A stretch of 64,000 nt of DNA, taken from positions 7,955,919 through 8,019,918 of the forward strand of contig CM082584.2 in NCBI GenBank assembly GCA_040954595.2, in the 5' to 3' direction. Below are positions 1-13,304 of the stretch, one piece after another; position 1 is the first letter of the stretch; every line of letters begins with the position of its first letter. The notes beneath the pieces were generated by a model that saw only the letters and a list, made by a program, of their open reading frames with translations, ran no database searches and was not told the origin of the DNA. Both the position numbers and the translations under genes were made by a program. Source of the stretch: Balanoglossus misakiensis (lineage: Eukaryota; Animalia; Hemichordata).

Positions 1-1650
1 ACCGCAACTTGTTTTAAACGACGGTGTTATGGGCATCGCGATTAATTGCACACAATCATGACAGCACAGTGTGTTGTCAGCTCTTTTTGTAGTAAAGGCT
101 AATTAGAAAAAAATCATCCAGAGCGCTGAAACTAATTAATTTCTAATGTGGTAAGGTGGGAATGAAAACATCACGCCAGATTAAATGACCCGGTAGATGA
201 TGAACACAAACATGTAGTCTTGTGTGTGGAATTGTCGATGCAGTTCAGTTCACAACACTTGCATGCCATTAACAAAGAAAGACAGAAGCGGACGGGCAGG
301 TAGACAGGCAGGTAGACAGGCAGACATGCGCGATGCGTGAAAGGCGATGAACAAGCTAAGCAACCGTTCTGCACATGCAGAACATCGTTTATGCCATGTG
401 TATTTACAATGTTGGCAGCGTTTTACGTCGTGAGGCATCTACCCTGCCTCATTCTTACAGATTTTCTGCGTGGCGCTCTTGCGTGTACTGAATGTAAGTG
501 TGGTACGGGAGATATATCACGAATCATGCATGGATCTTTACGCGCTTGCGTAGTCCTAAAGGCCTAGTCTGCGGTCAAAGTGACAGCTAGACAGTAAGGG
601 CAAAGCACATCGGAGCGATTAGTTTATCAGCCTTGAGGAGGCCTGGGATTAGAGCTTAATTACACAATGCTGCAAAAACTTGGTTGTCAGCCAGTAATTA
701 CCTAGCCTTGCAAAGAGTGATCGATCATCCTTCTAAAAGTGGAGCACGGGCCAATAGTTCAATATTTAAATGGCAATATTTAGCTTCCGGATAGATTCCA
801 GTGATAGTGATCAATTTCGCATATGATGAAGCCACAAGGTAGAGTGTGACTGGCAATAACTCACCGTGGAAGTTGCTTCACAGACTTGATGTAATTTGCA
901 GGTTATTTATCATACTGACTGTACGGAGAACGACCCCACGAGCTTTGTATAGATGTATGCTTCGATGGTACACTACTTCAACATTTTGTGCTCAAGGCTA
1001 GGTGTATAGATTTTCACGGTTCTTCTTAGCAAAATGCACATGCCTTATTTTGATTTTGAAGAAGGACATAGTAAAGGTTTATGTACTGCAAGGCGGGTGT
1101 AATTTGTTTAGAAAGCAAATGATGATATTAGTAGAGCAATGTCAGTAGGTGTTTCGTGATAGAAAGATATTATGCGGCCGTGCAGTGTTTTGAAAGTGAG
1201 ACCTCCACGGTACTGAAATGCAACAGACGACGAAACAAAGGTAAATGTGGTTAGATAATTGTCAGGGAATCAGAATGAAATTAATCTGGCGCGTTTTATC
1301 AAACTGGCTAATTATTTCTGGCTTAATGGCATTGTTAATTAATGATTAGTGATATTCCTGGCCTGTAATTGGCTTGAATTGTTGTATGCAGGTCAGCTTC
1401 TTGTCGTTCTTACCCCCCCCCCCCCCCTTTTAACTGTTGGGGTCGTTCCTGTTGTATTAATTACACCGCTCTGGGAAGAACTTTCTGACATCATCACCCC
1501 AAGGAATGCCGAAATCATTTTGAAATCGTATCGTGTGGCAGACCTCGCACAGTACACGGCAATGTCCTGCTGCTTAAAGATATTTTTTTCTGTCTTTTGG
1601 AATAATTCTAACCGTTGCGCCGACAAGCCTCCTGCGGGGTCCCACGGCGT

Positions 1651-1862
1651 GTCACGTGACTAGACCTGGTCACGTGGCCCGGAATTGTCATTTAAAGTTG
1701 ACTGTTCTGTTGGAATAGCTTACATATTACGCTGGCTGCTGACACGGTGAGCCCATCTCAGAGGCAAAGACTCCTGACGTCCAAAATACCAAAAAGCCAC
1801 TTTTCGCATGTTGCCAGTGGCGCTCCGCCGACAGCGAGAAGCCTGTGACATTACTTATGTAA
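1651..1862 (+). promoter_or_regulatory. Candidate regulatory module upstream of GPCR gene 1: paired E-boxes plus a D-box
   Basis: GTCACGTGAC at 1651-1660, GGTCACGTGG at 1668-1677 and TTATGTAA at 1855-1862, 120-330 bp upstream of the ATG at 1981. Motif match only; the TSS is unknown. Confidence 0.3.
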
Positions 1863-1980
1863 TGTCTTAGATGATCATTACAGCAGTTCTGTTTTCGTTT
1901 ATTTTTTTTACAAACTTACTTTATTTTCCAACGAGGCATTACTGAGTTTTGTGCGTGAAGCCAACTTCTAAAGCGGGGAA

Positions 1981-2438
1981 ATGACCTACGCATTGCCGCC
2001 GGCGGTGACGATTCTCGCGTCCAGCCCGGAGACTTCGACGTTCGCCACAGAAGACATCGATACCGGCGATTTGAACAGCAGCGGCGCCCTGAACGGTACG
2101 GGTTTCGTGTTCGGGCCACCATCTCCGCCGCCGCTGGAAGTCTGGCTGCCCGTCGTTCTGGTCTACGGACTGACGTTCATCGTCGGTCTCGTAGGAAACA
2201 CCCTGGTGATATTCTCAATCAAGAGATGCAAGCGACTGCAGACCGCCACCAATTTCTTCCTGGCCAGCCTGGCGACGGCCGATCTCATCATCGTCGTCGT
2301 CGTCATCCCGGTGCAGGCTTCCACGTATTTCAGCTGGCGGTGGGAGCTCGGCGGGGCCATGTGCAAGCTCCTTCCCTATCTGACGTTGCTGTCAAGTTCG
2401 TGTTCGGTTTTCATGATGACTGCCATGAGCATTGAAAG
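1981..2438 (+). CDS. Class A peptide-type GPCR gene 1, coding exon 1 (N-terminus, TM1-TM3)
   Basis: ATG at 1981. N-glycosylation sequons NSS and NGT, TM1 GLVGNTLVI, TM2 TNFFLASLATADL, ECL1 WELG, TM3 CK...SIER. Ends GAA AG|GTAGGT, a phase-2 donor at 2439. Confidence 0.95.
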
Positions 2439-5039
2439 GTAGGTGATATTTCCACTCGCAGCGCTGTTTGTGCATCCCGCTTTTATTTATCTCAAACGTC
2501 AACGACAAGAAAGTGATATCCTTCCCAATTCCCATTTCAAACATATTACAAGTAAATAAACCTTTTAATTTAGTTCGTGGCTTACATTATCGCTCGTCAC
2601 ATACTTCAATTGTGCCTTCTTGTCAGGTGTATTCATAGAACGGTCCCAAGGCGCTCTAAAGATACATTGACAGCCCAGCCAATCACAATCACAATCAACA
2701 TGGCTATTTCGGACATGCAACGGGGAGTCGTATAAGAAGCGAGCATGCGCGAGATCGTGCATGCTAAGTAGCATGGGAATTAATCCATGATTTTTCAAAG
2801 AAAATTTATCCATAATTGATAAGGAATTGTGAGTTGAAAATTTGAAAGCTTCGTGAAACTAGATAAATTCACCTATTTCATAGTACTTCTTGAAAACTGC
2901 TGAATTTCATGGCGTGAGAAGAACTGCAGGGTTTTAAATTGCTGATGGAAAACTAACTTCTTGTATAAATCAGTATTCACCAGTGTTTGCCAACTGATAC
3001 ATTGAGTTTACAAATCTTTGCAGGTGCGGGTTATTGACATAACGCAAGCCATATAGCCTGACAACATTTCACTCGCTTAGCAATTGCAAACCATTGCTGG
3101 CTCGACTTACAAAGCATCCTGTTGGTGTCACAGAGAAAAAAAACCACGAATGTTTTAATAGTTCACATGACCCGTTTAAGTGAAGTAGTCAAGCACGGTT
3201 GCCGGGTGTACACGTACTTCACAGTGTACAAGGAAAGATCATGTTACAACTTCTTATAATGTTTGATTATATGTTGATTTATGATTACTTTTCATTACAC
3301 CGTATCAACACACACCTCGCCGTCAATTTCCGAGATTCGACGCGTGTGAATGAAATACATATAATAAAACATACGCGCCGGCAAGAACAAAGGGATTTTC
3401 CCACAAAGCCAGTTTGAATGGAATGAGATGGCATCTGCGATTGTGACAATACTGTCAGATATCATTCATTGAATTTCATCTTTTCATGGGGACTCAATAA
3501 AATCTATCCACAGAAATCCGACAATGCAGAGAGAAAGCGACCTTTAACTTTAATGTAATAGACAGATAACATTGCGACAGAGACAAGTCGTGATTGATAT
3601 GGATGACAATTTCACAGTTAGTACTTGCCTCGTCAAAAATCTATCTCTTTCGCCCTTCAGGTTCATAGAAATTACATGATTACATGAAAAATAATTGTTA
3701 ATTGAGAATATGCGCCACAGGCAGATAAAATGTTGCCTCATAGGGGAGAAGGGGTTTAGATCCTTGGGCGTAGAAAATGAAATAGTAATTGTTTGGAGAA
3801 GATTACATAGAGGCAGTATACGCGCACCCGCTCTGACAAGATTCATTAAATAGCCGATATTCCCCTACGTAGACATCACTGCCATACAACTTGATTATTC
3901 AGAACAACCGATTTTTGACCCAGCCATCTCTAAGGCCGTCAATAATCATTACGTCGTAAATGAGATTTGCGGCGGTTTTTAAAGAGAGAGACACGGTTGT
4001 TCTTTGAAAGGGATGTTCCTAATTAACATGTGACCACCCTGCCTAATAAAGACAGTCGGGGTGATGGCTACTCCCTGTTGATCTATCACTCAAAATTAAA
4101 AGGCACCGCGTGATTGTTGACGGTGGAAGTCCCCAGAAATCCCACAGACAAGGGCGGATGTCACATGTCTCTTCTGCAAGCGAATCAAATCCTAGTTTCA
4201 TGTTGTAGGGGTAGGTTTAGTGGCAATGCGTCTTCACATGAGCAGCCTGGAGATCATAATGTATAGGCTTGTCACGTAAGAAATCAGTTGGCGAGAAAGT
4301 GAGGCAAAACATGGAAGAAGTAGATAAAAGAGAATCGCGGTTTCTTATGGCACTATGATTAATGGAAGTTTGAGATACGCGGTGGTGGAACTGAGGAAAT
4401 GCATTCCCAGGTTTCAGGACAACTATCTCCTGCCTGATATCCGAAATAAATATTCCTAGGAAGTTGGGTATCCGATTTTGGATCTGTCTCGAGCTTTTGG
4501 AGTCCTATCAGTGACGTAATCCTTCCAACGCATCAGTGTAAAACGCGATTAACATTTCGATATTTTCCGGCGCTGTGGAAGTGTAGACCATATCGGCGCC
4601 ATTTGGCTGTTGATCGATAAATCTGCGAGGTAATTGTCTCTAAAATTCCAGATATCGGCCGGACATTGTTTGCACAATAGTCTCTATACTGTAATTCGAC
4701 AATTTTAAGAACATTTATCATTGCATCAGCGATTCTGTGTCTGTCAGTCGTGTTTTGTTATTTAACTAATGTTTTAGATAAGAGTATTGCAAAGAATTTA
4801 GATGCATACGGTCTGAACTATAGATGGAACACAAAATACATACGTTCATTCATCACAGTGACGGAATGTATGAGTATTACATGCGTGTATTCTTGAATTT
4901 TTTTCGCGTTTAATTGACATTTGTAATTAGACTATATATCAACAATTTCTGTTGACTGTGGCGAAACGTTATGGAAATGATGTGCGCATGATGACCGAAC
5001 TTTCAAAGAGGCTAACCGCGCAGGGACACGTATCAATGG

Positions 5040-5722
5040 TGTGACGAACCAAAATCTCGCAACACAAACACCCAGACAGCAACAACAATGATACACAGTA
5101 CACCCAAAGTTATATGTTTCACTGCGAATCTATTTGTCACAGGAAGAAAAATAATATCATAATACAAGCACGGAAACTTAAATGTTACTAAGGTTCTTAC
5201 TGAAATATTGTAATGTCCTCAAGAAACTTGTATCAGTTCCGCGGTAATATTGCACAAGTGGTGAGCGGACGCGATAATTCAGTGTTCCGTGAGTTCTCCG
5301 CACCGACCCGACGATGGTTCACGCTGGCGTGCTGCTTTCTCACACAGTTCTTTCCTGAAGTCCTCTCAGACAGGTTCCCTTCACTTACAGTTACTGGCGT
5401 AGACATGCATTTTAAGTCCGAGAGCAACGCTGAATTCAAACCAACAGGACATACCCGACGTGCTGAACTTCAACACCGAGCTCCCACGTGGATTACAAGA
5501 CAGTCCCCGTCGCTCATGGCCGAGTGCTCCTTGTCTGTTTTCTGGTCGGCTCACGCCACTTGACTGCCGTTGCAGAGAGTCAAAAATCAAAAACCCTTAC
5601 GTAATATTAAAAATACCCAGGTGTACGGCTACTACAGCTAACGCTATGTTAATGACGTACACCCTTATTGTTCATTCACCTTTGATATTTAAATTATATG
5701 CATTCGTAGTACAATCGTAACA
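5040..5722 (-). mobile_element. Solo LTR-like element (probably Gypsy/Ty3 type), copy A, in intron 1 of gene 1
   Basis: 683 bp with TGTGACG...CGTAACA termini (TG..CA) and a 4-bp direct repeat ATGG on both sides (5036-5039, 5723-5726). Near-identical reverse complement of 22180-22874. Strand inferred from the GT-rich U5-like end. Confidence 0.85.
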
Positions 5723-6560
5723 ATGGACTCTCAATAGACCAGGTTTTCAATGAACAACCGGCGGCTCCCCCCCCCCCCCGCCACGTCAATAATTCAGAAT
5801 CTGCGAAGGGATAAAGATCTTCCGGCAACAATTATCGCCTTACCGAGTACAGGGACCGCGTCGCCGTCCGCGGTGGTCATCAGACCTGTCTGCTTAATAT
5901 ATACAAAGATGGAACGGCTCCCCCGCTATAGCCGCCGCTGGTCGTGATTACGGGGTCCAATTCTTGTAAATCACCAGTTTTCCAGGAAACGCTGTGCCGG
6001 TAATAAAACAGTATTAGGGTTTAGGAAACACTGTTGCAATCAGTCAACTGGTTAAATTAAATGTCAAGGAAGACGTTATGTCTGCATGTATCTACCCCAG
6101 TCCCCCCAGTAATCGTTCACAAGGGCATTTCTGCCGCAAGCCTAAACTGGCGTTTAACATTCGCTTAACGTTTAATGCTTTAAATCACGGTAATCGGTGG
6201 TAATCACGTTTTTTGCGAGATCGGAAATGATTGATAGAAGGACTGGAATGTTGAGACGACCGATTGACAAACTATCCGCCCCAGGTGCCCGACTCGTTCC
6301 TCTGTGATGCTCAAGAAAGCTCGTGCTGGTAAGCTGAGACTGGGCGCATCAGTTGCAATATATTCGCTGAGACGTATTTCGTGACAGGTGCGAGGCTTTG
6401 TCGTGCAAGGCAATGTTTGAATACCTCCCGAGTAAACAAGGTGCATGTACGTTGATTGCGCTTATTGAGTAAACATTGCTAGGATTGCAACTATTTTGGT
6501 ATAATTCTTTCAAATAAAACGCGTATAGGAATGGGTAAATGTCGTTTGCGTTCGGAGAGT

Positions 6561-6584
6561 CAGACAGACAGACAGACAGACAGA
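6561..6584. repeat. (CAGA)n microsatellite
   Basis: Six tandem CAGA units. Confidence 0.9.
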
Positions 6585-9500
6585 TGGAGTGTATTTATCA
6601 AACCTAGCTCTGCTCAGAAAGTGATTTCCTTGACAATTTTAAAGTGACAGATTGCTTTGGCAAAGCTATAAAAACGATTGCACTAAGTAACCACTCCACT
6701 TCTTAATATTTTTAATTGAGTCGAGAGTGATTTGGCTTTCATTTGGCGCCAAAACGCGGCCACTATCCCATTTGTGTATTTGGAAAACCTATTCTTGTCT
6801 TCATTATTGCGTTAAAATGCAAGCGGTTCTGTAATTTCCGATTTTTAAAAGTTTGATTGGACATTTCCTTGCTCAAAGACGTGGGAAAGTAAAGCCAATG
6901 AGTAGTGTACCTGAAGATTGACGAGATGTTTTGATGAAGGAAGGCGAATCGGAACTTTTTAAATATACAAATGCCTTTTGTAATTTTCACAAATCCGTCT
7001 GACAAAGACAATTTTTTATGGTAATACAAGGTTCATCACGAGCCAATATTAACCATGGTTATAATTACTTTGCTTGGTAGATGCCATAAATGTGCTCGTT
7101 TTCAGTCAACAATGTTTGTTCAACATAGTTAATAAAAAGGATGATCAACCATGCAATTCAACGCTATCTGTACATGTATGTTTTTTAATATCAAACTGTC
7201 ATTTCTGTCAACACGGGTTTAATTACACCATTCATCTTCACTCTCTATATGCATCCCGCAATTAATGATACCTTCGGAAAACGTATACATTTAAAATATC
7301 AACACTTTGCCGTTCTGTATTTTGTGCTCACGAACTATTAAAATTCAGAAAGCTGGCTTTGCGGTCTGACTGTTACTGTGTCCACGGGACTATACGGCCT
7401 CCCTTATTGTGTATTGCACGTATCGTTCTCCCGCCCATAGCGCCTGGTCGGCATATTCTCCGATTCAAGTTTCGCACTACGGAAAATTTGCTCTCTAGTA
7501 ATTGCTAAGAAGGGTTTATTGACATATGCACAACGTACCATCGATTTTGTGTCCCCCGGTGACACCAAGCATTACTAGGCCTAATTCATACATGTGAATG
7601 GCGGTTTAGCTGTGGCGACTTCCGGTCTGAAAAGAAGGTCGGATTTCGTAGCGCGCATTGATCAACTGGGCGGTTTACTGCACGAGCTTCCGGGGACGTG
7701 TAGTCCCCTTCAACAGATAATCTGAATTTCGAAGAAGTCACGTAAATAAAGAGTGAAACAGATGTGATCAAAAGTATGTCTATAGTCCATACAAACAGGG
7801 AAATTGAATAAAAACAAACAAAGCACAACAGTAGACTTGGCAGTAACACGATTGTCACAAAGACACACAGAACTGAAAAAAAACATTCCAGCTAAAGTTG
7901 CTTTACAACAATGTGGTATGGCTACGATGTTGCCACGTTGAAATTTACATCGATAATTTAAATTCAGCCAACGTTTTAAGTCACTGAAGGATACGATAAG
8001 AATATAGATTACGCATATGGTGTAATTCAAGAAACCGAGATTAAGTCTATGGTGTTTGAGAAAGAAAAATCGTGCTAAAAGTTTCAGGTACTCGGATTTT
8101 AGTCCACTGAACTCGGCCTAATTGACGTCGTAATTCATCAGGGGTTCGGGTACAAATGGTTATCCACGCAATATCAACGTGTTGTAGGAAATCAGATTTT
8201 ATCCATTATTAAAAGGATTATACGTGTGGAATTTTCTAAGTATACGTAATAGCGGTTGCTTTTACAGTTCTAGAACCTCAGAATGTTAAAAGGATTCGCG
8301 TAGCGGTTCAACACATTGGAAACATCACGCATGCTACATAAGGTAGTCTTTATAGCAAAGTTAAATCAAATAACAGTGAGTATTTTACAATTTCTGCAGG
8401 TATCTTAATTCGACCACAAACATCTGAAAATCGTTTTACGCGACTGTGACTTGTGTTTTCTCTGTCCGTGACAACATATTACGTTCTTGGCCAAATAGCA
8501 CGTTTTAAACAAATTGAGTTATACATCAATGAAAAGCTCTATTTACGACATTTAAAGGCAATTTTTGATTTTTGAAGTTAATACTTATAAGCTACACTGA
8601 AGTGTGTGTTCGTGCTAAGTGAACCGAGTGAAGCTTCTCAACTCAAGTTTGCAATTAATAGACGCATATTGTACTTGCTCAAGCCCAAAAGGCAAATTTT
8701 GGCATCGTGCTTGAGAGGCACCGAAAAAAACCTGGTGCGTTAGAATTGGTTCTAAACCAAGTCACAATGTTCTACTTTCAGTAGAAAATGGACTGGCATT
8801 CGTTAATTGTAATTTCGTTGATTTGGGCAAATCTAAGCTATGGCTATATCGCAATATAAGGGTGTCTTGTTGAGCTCGCAGTGGGTGAGTCGTTGTCAGA
8901 TTTCACTGGGAATGCGCTGTCTTTTGAACTCACAATTAAGTTAACAGTTGGAACACGTTTTGAAACAAAGACACCATTTATAAGACTAACTAGTACCCCG
9001 CCTCTTTGCACTTTATTGCCAGTCGTTTTGTCTCACGCAATATGGTATTAATCTTGCATTATGGCCTATAGTGTCAGTCGAGGAAATTTAAAACTGCTAA
9101 CTTCTCACAAGTTTAGCGTCAACTCAGAAACGCCAACACAGCAGTGTACACGTGTATTACGTGTAAACATTTTGAAAATTTAACTACATGGAGCCATGTG
9201 GATAAGTGCCCTACTTTTCTTAGAAGTTTGTTTTTCACTAAATGTTCTCTGCCGTAACTGAAATATCATCGCACATAGAAGTAGTGTATATGGCCCAGTT
9301 GACCCCACTCCCAAGATCCTTCAACGCAAAAAATTAATGCCACATAATGCCAGTCAATAACAAGAAAAAAGACCAAAGGGTCATAGAGATTTATTTTTTT
9401 AATTTTAATAATATAGTCTAGCGTAGCCCAGAACGGCAACGTTTTGACAGCAACCGTCTATCAATACTTTGCCGAACAGTTAATAAATGCCATTTTCAAT

Positions 9501-11928
9501 ACATTAAGCTCCATTAACATGTCATGGGAATGAGATTAGTGAAAACATTATACGTTGGTGTAACGAAAGCATGGAAAGTGCATTCAGGAGAATGTCTTAA
9601 ACCAACAGATTATACATTTTGAGCGGATGAAGCAAGCCTGTGTTCTGTCAGTCAAAAGACCGCCGACGTAGAATCACTCCATTCGTCATTTCCCGAAGGA
9701 AACGGTGGATATTAGAGTGGGGAGGATATTGACTGATTTGAGTTCTGGGGGCACGAGTGCTTGTCAGATTCACTAAGGAACCATTTTTTTTTCTAAACAG
9801 CGAATGTGGAAAATGGCGCTAGACAGAGGAAACCCAGTAATAGGCATGTGACAACAGAAAGAAAACTGATTTATCCCAGTATTAGAATTGCCCCATGTTT
9901 CTCTAATTTCAACAGTGAGCAAACCACCTAACTACTACCACTAAATTGTCCGTTGGAATACATATTCACGCGCCGATTTAAACGATGGAATTACCAAACA
10001 ACGCAGATGATACCTCCTGCCACTTGTATCAAGTAGGAAGTATATGCAGGGTCATGAAAGGTCATTGCTCATATCACCGTAGGCATACCAATATTTCTGT
10101 CACCATTAGTTAGTATACTGCTCACGCACATTGGCGTCCAATATCTATCCAACTGGGTAGGATATTTTGATCTAATTTAGTTCATGGTTGACCTAAAATT
10201 GCAGCCTATTTCTTTAACTCGGTAACTTAGTAGCCTTACCAAAACAGACACTAAATTCATCAATTCGGAAACCGATAAAAGCATTACTTCATATTTCAAC
10301 AGCCCTATATAGTGACTTATCGTTCTCGTACTTTGCGAATATTGGCCATAACCCTTAATTGAAGATGTATAGGTTTCGTGCCCACGAGAACGGCAGCTGA
10401 TAATTCAGACGACTCCAAAAGATTCTGACTCCCCCCGTCAATTTTCCTTGGGCTTCTACAACAACTCAAATTTATCGACCGAGAACAGTTATCCTGTTTT
10501 TATACGAGATTCTAGACTGATGATGAATGTTTCCTCGGTTGAAAGGTTGTAACGGGACCAGCGGGGTTCACCAGGAGACGATATATCTTTATTGTGGCTC
10601 GTTCGCTAGATTTACTATCTAACCATGCGGCATACACAGCAACTTTAGCACGAACAATATTTCGAGTACACCCTCAAATTTGCGATATACTGCACTAAGA
10701 ATAGTATAGTCTGGTAGGTTTGGGGCTATCACCATGCTCCGACCAACCGTTCAACCTTTCCTATTCAGAATAACTACACCGTTGATTTGAGAAAAAAATA
10801 TTTGTCTAATGTCAATGATGCAACGTATAGGCGTAGTGGGAAGACAGCAAGACATCAGTGACATTCTAGACCACATTATGTGTTTTGATTTATCGCCGAT
10901 GTCGATGGTAAAGGGCGCTTAGAGTGGGCATAACCCTTTGTGCCCGAGTGTCAAGGGTACACCAAACTGCCGGAGAGTCAGATCGAATACGGACATTTCC
11001 CAGTATTCTCGTGAACATACGACTTTAATTATCTTACAGCAGTCAAGAAAGCAACAACGGAAATGCTTATTCTTTTAGTTCTACTGTTAGCTGTCATTCG
11101 CAAATCTGTAAAGGCGGGGGTAGGCGCAAATCATGTACGCGATGGGACAGCATACAGGGCACGGTGGTACTTTGTCTCGATACAAACCGCTCAATGTGCG
11201 CGAACTAAAACGCATTTTATCTGAATTCTGAGAGCCCTGCATGACGCAAAGCTATCTTTATTATCTTCAAGCAAGGAAATATGGGGATATGGCCGGCGTA
11301 TTCAAAGCACCGACTGTAATAGGCTTTCGATAACCATTCATTCCATAAACCCCTTCGGGTGGTACGAACGAAGATTTGAGAATTGTCCGCCCAGGCGACC
11401 GCATTACGGGAATATGTAGTAGTTGCACTTATCAATGCCAATTACGATAGTTCTAAGAACATTGCATGTTGGAAATTTACAGGGCTAAGAGTTCACAGAC
11501 TTCATCAAATTCGATAAATATCGGTCAAGTGAGTACACAATACAATTTGACCGACAGATATTTGTATTAGACTGATCCGTGGCACATTTGTCCTGTTAAT
11601 GCAAGAGGTATAAACCGTACTAATAAATCTTATATCTTCAACCAGACCAGATTCAGAATTCGAAAACAGTCTTTTATTACACTGGCGGGCAATTTGATTT
11701 TCTTAACGATACACCTTGTAAAATGTTATTCTGAGTAGAATATCGGATGTGCTCAGATGTTGTTAAAGTACTTTTAGTGTTTGTGTGGGAAATATTAACA
11801 ATGCGCTGATTTCATAACCACTGCAAACTTAAGTCGTATTTCTTGTGCTTGAAGCAATTGGTTAGTGTCGCGAAAGTGTAACGACTGACATACATCAAAT
11901 TGATGATCTATTTCCTATTTTCTTGCAG

Positions 11929-12052
11929 ATACTTTGTGATTATTCACCCTCTGTTGGCCAAATCGATGATGACGCAATCAAGGGCACGTAAAATCATCCT
12001 ACTGGTGTGGCTCATATCAATGGTGTACAGCATTCCACCATTGTACTTCAAG
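11929..12052 (+). CDS. GPCR gene 1, coding exon 2 (ICL2, TM4)
   Basis: Acceptor tttcttgcag|A TAC completes E-R-Y. Encodes YFVIIHPLLAKS...VWLISMVYSIPPLYFK. Donor AAG|GTAAAG; 124 nt. Confidence 0.95.
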
Positions 12053-12289
12053 GTAAAGCGGCAGAGTATTATATACCAACCATCCCCGTTTCGCATCAAA
12101 GTTGGTAAAATGTTTCTGACCAATATAATAGATGGGTTTGTTTGTGGCCCTCATTTTACATGGGCTATCATCATGTCACAAAGTTTCGTCAAAAGGTATG
12201 ACTGGTTAAAAGTGAAAAGTGATGGGCCTGCCCTCTTTGCTCCGTTTTTAAGTAGTTCTAACATACGTTAACTTTAACTTTTTTTGCAG

Positions 12290-12688
12290 AGACATTATTC
12301 ATGGGATCTGCCCAATTACCCCACATTCCACACATGCTCCACCCACTGGCCCAACGCTGCACTGAGCAGGGCCTACTCGCTGTACCTCTTGCTGGGCATA
12401 TATCTGATACCGCTGGTCATAATGATGTACTGCTACTCCAGGATCATCTACGAGCTGTGGGCGAGCGCCAAGAAGTCGCGCAAGATGCAGTGCCGGACAA
12501 CAAACGACGGCAACCGGAGACGATGCTACAACAACGCGTCCAACCTGGGCACTGACGGGAACGGCTGCGGTCTGGAGCCGACGTCGAACGCGGCCAACGA
12601 AGCATACGAGCTGTTGGATCAAAAGAGACGGAAGAAGAAAAAAAAGAAGCAGTCGCCCGCTACCGATTCCGAGAAAAATAGGAAACAG
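12290..12688 (+). CDS. GPCR gene 1, coding exon 3 (ECL2, TM5, ICL3)
   Basis: Acceptor tttttgcag|AGA. ECL2 Cys in HTCSTHWP, TM5 YLIPLVIMMYCYSRI. Donor CAG|GTATGA; 399 nt, frame preserved. Confidence 0.95.
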
Positions 12689-12867
12689 GTATGACGTGTC
12701 TTACCATCCGATTGTGTTTTTCATAGATAATGCGCTGGAATTTAACAAAGCCGAACTTAGGATATTGTTTATCGACAAAAAACAAACGACCTGTGTCTAT
12801 GCAAGACCACACAGTTTGTCACTACAATCTGTTTTACATGTTTATAATTTAATGTTCTTTTGCACAG

Positions 12868-13278
12868 GTCATCATAATGCTGGCATCAATAGTGGTGCTT
12901 TTCCTGTTGAGCTGGGGTCCGCTGATCTGGCTAGCCTTCCTGTTAGAGTTCGGCTTGGTGTCGCGATACAGTCCAATCAAGACGTATCTGGGCATCGCCT
13001 TCAACTTGCTGTCCTACCTGAACAGCTGCATGAACCCGATCTGCTACGCCTTCGTCTCGCGCACCTTCAGGGAGTGCTTCTACTGGGCGTGTCGCACCTG
13101 CTGCCGGCAGATCAGCGCCGAGGACCGGCGCTCAACGTCGAGTACATCCGCCTCCTACTCCAAGAGTGCGGTGACGTACGTGTATAACAGGAAACAGTCC
13201 GATACGGCTGCGGACGTCTCCAGGCTCAAGCCCGCCCCGTCGAATAAAGAAAATGGGGTTCAAGTGTCACCACTTTAA
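12868..13278 (+). CDS. GPCR gene 1, coding exon 4 (TM6, TM7, helix 8, C-tail)
   Basis: Acceptor ttttgcacag|GTC. TM6 FLLSWGP, TM7 NSCMNPICY (NPxxY), SRTFRECF, CRTCC, stop TAA. Joined CDS is 1392 nt = 463 aa. Confidence 0.95.
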   Translation, partial: VIIMLASIVVLFLLSWGPLIWLAFLLEFGLVSRYSPIKTYLGIAFNLLSYLNSCMNPICYAFVSRTFRECFYWACRTCCRQISAEDRRSTSSTSASYSKSAVTYVYNRKQSDTAADVSRLKPAPSNKENGVQVSPL

Positions 13279-13304
13279 ATGCAGTTGGCAAACTGTCGAT
13301 CGAC

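Noticed and set aside
2163-2435. Antisense and alternate-frame ORFs overlapping GPCR exons (also near 12299, 25655, 33152, 49725, 60730)
   Set aside because: Expected shadow ORFs of GC3-rich coding exons, with no independent coding signal.
2437-2442. In-frame stop immediately after exon 1 in all four genes (AGG TAG/TAA/TGA), suggesting a 3-TM isoform
   Set aside because: A largely automatic result of a phase-2 GTRRG donor consensus; no evidence of intron retention.
5213-5563. 116-aa ORF and its 120-aa inverted twin at 22339-22701
   Set aside because: Both lie inside the solo LTR copies and show no recognisable domain; their similarity reflects the repeat, not a gene family.
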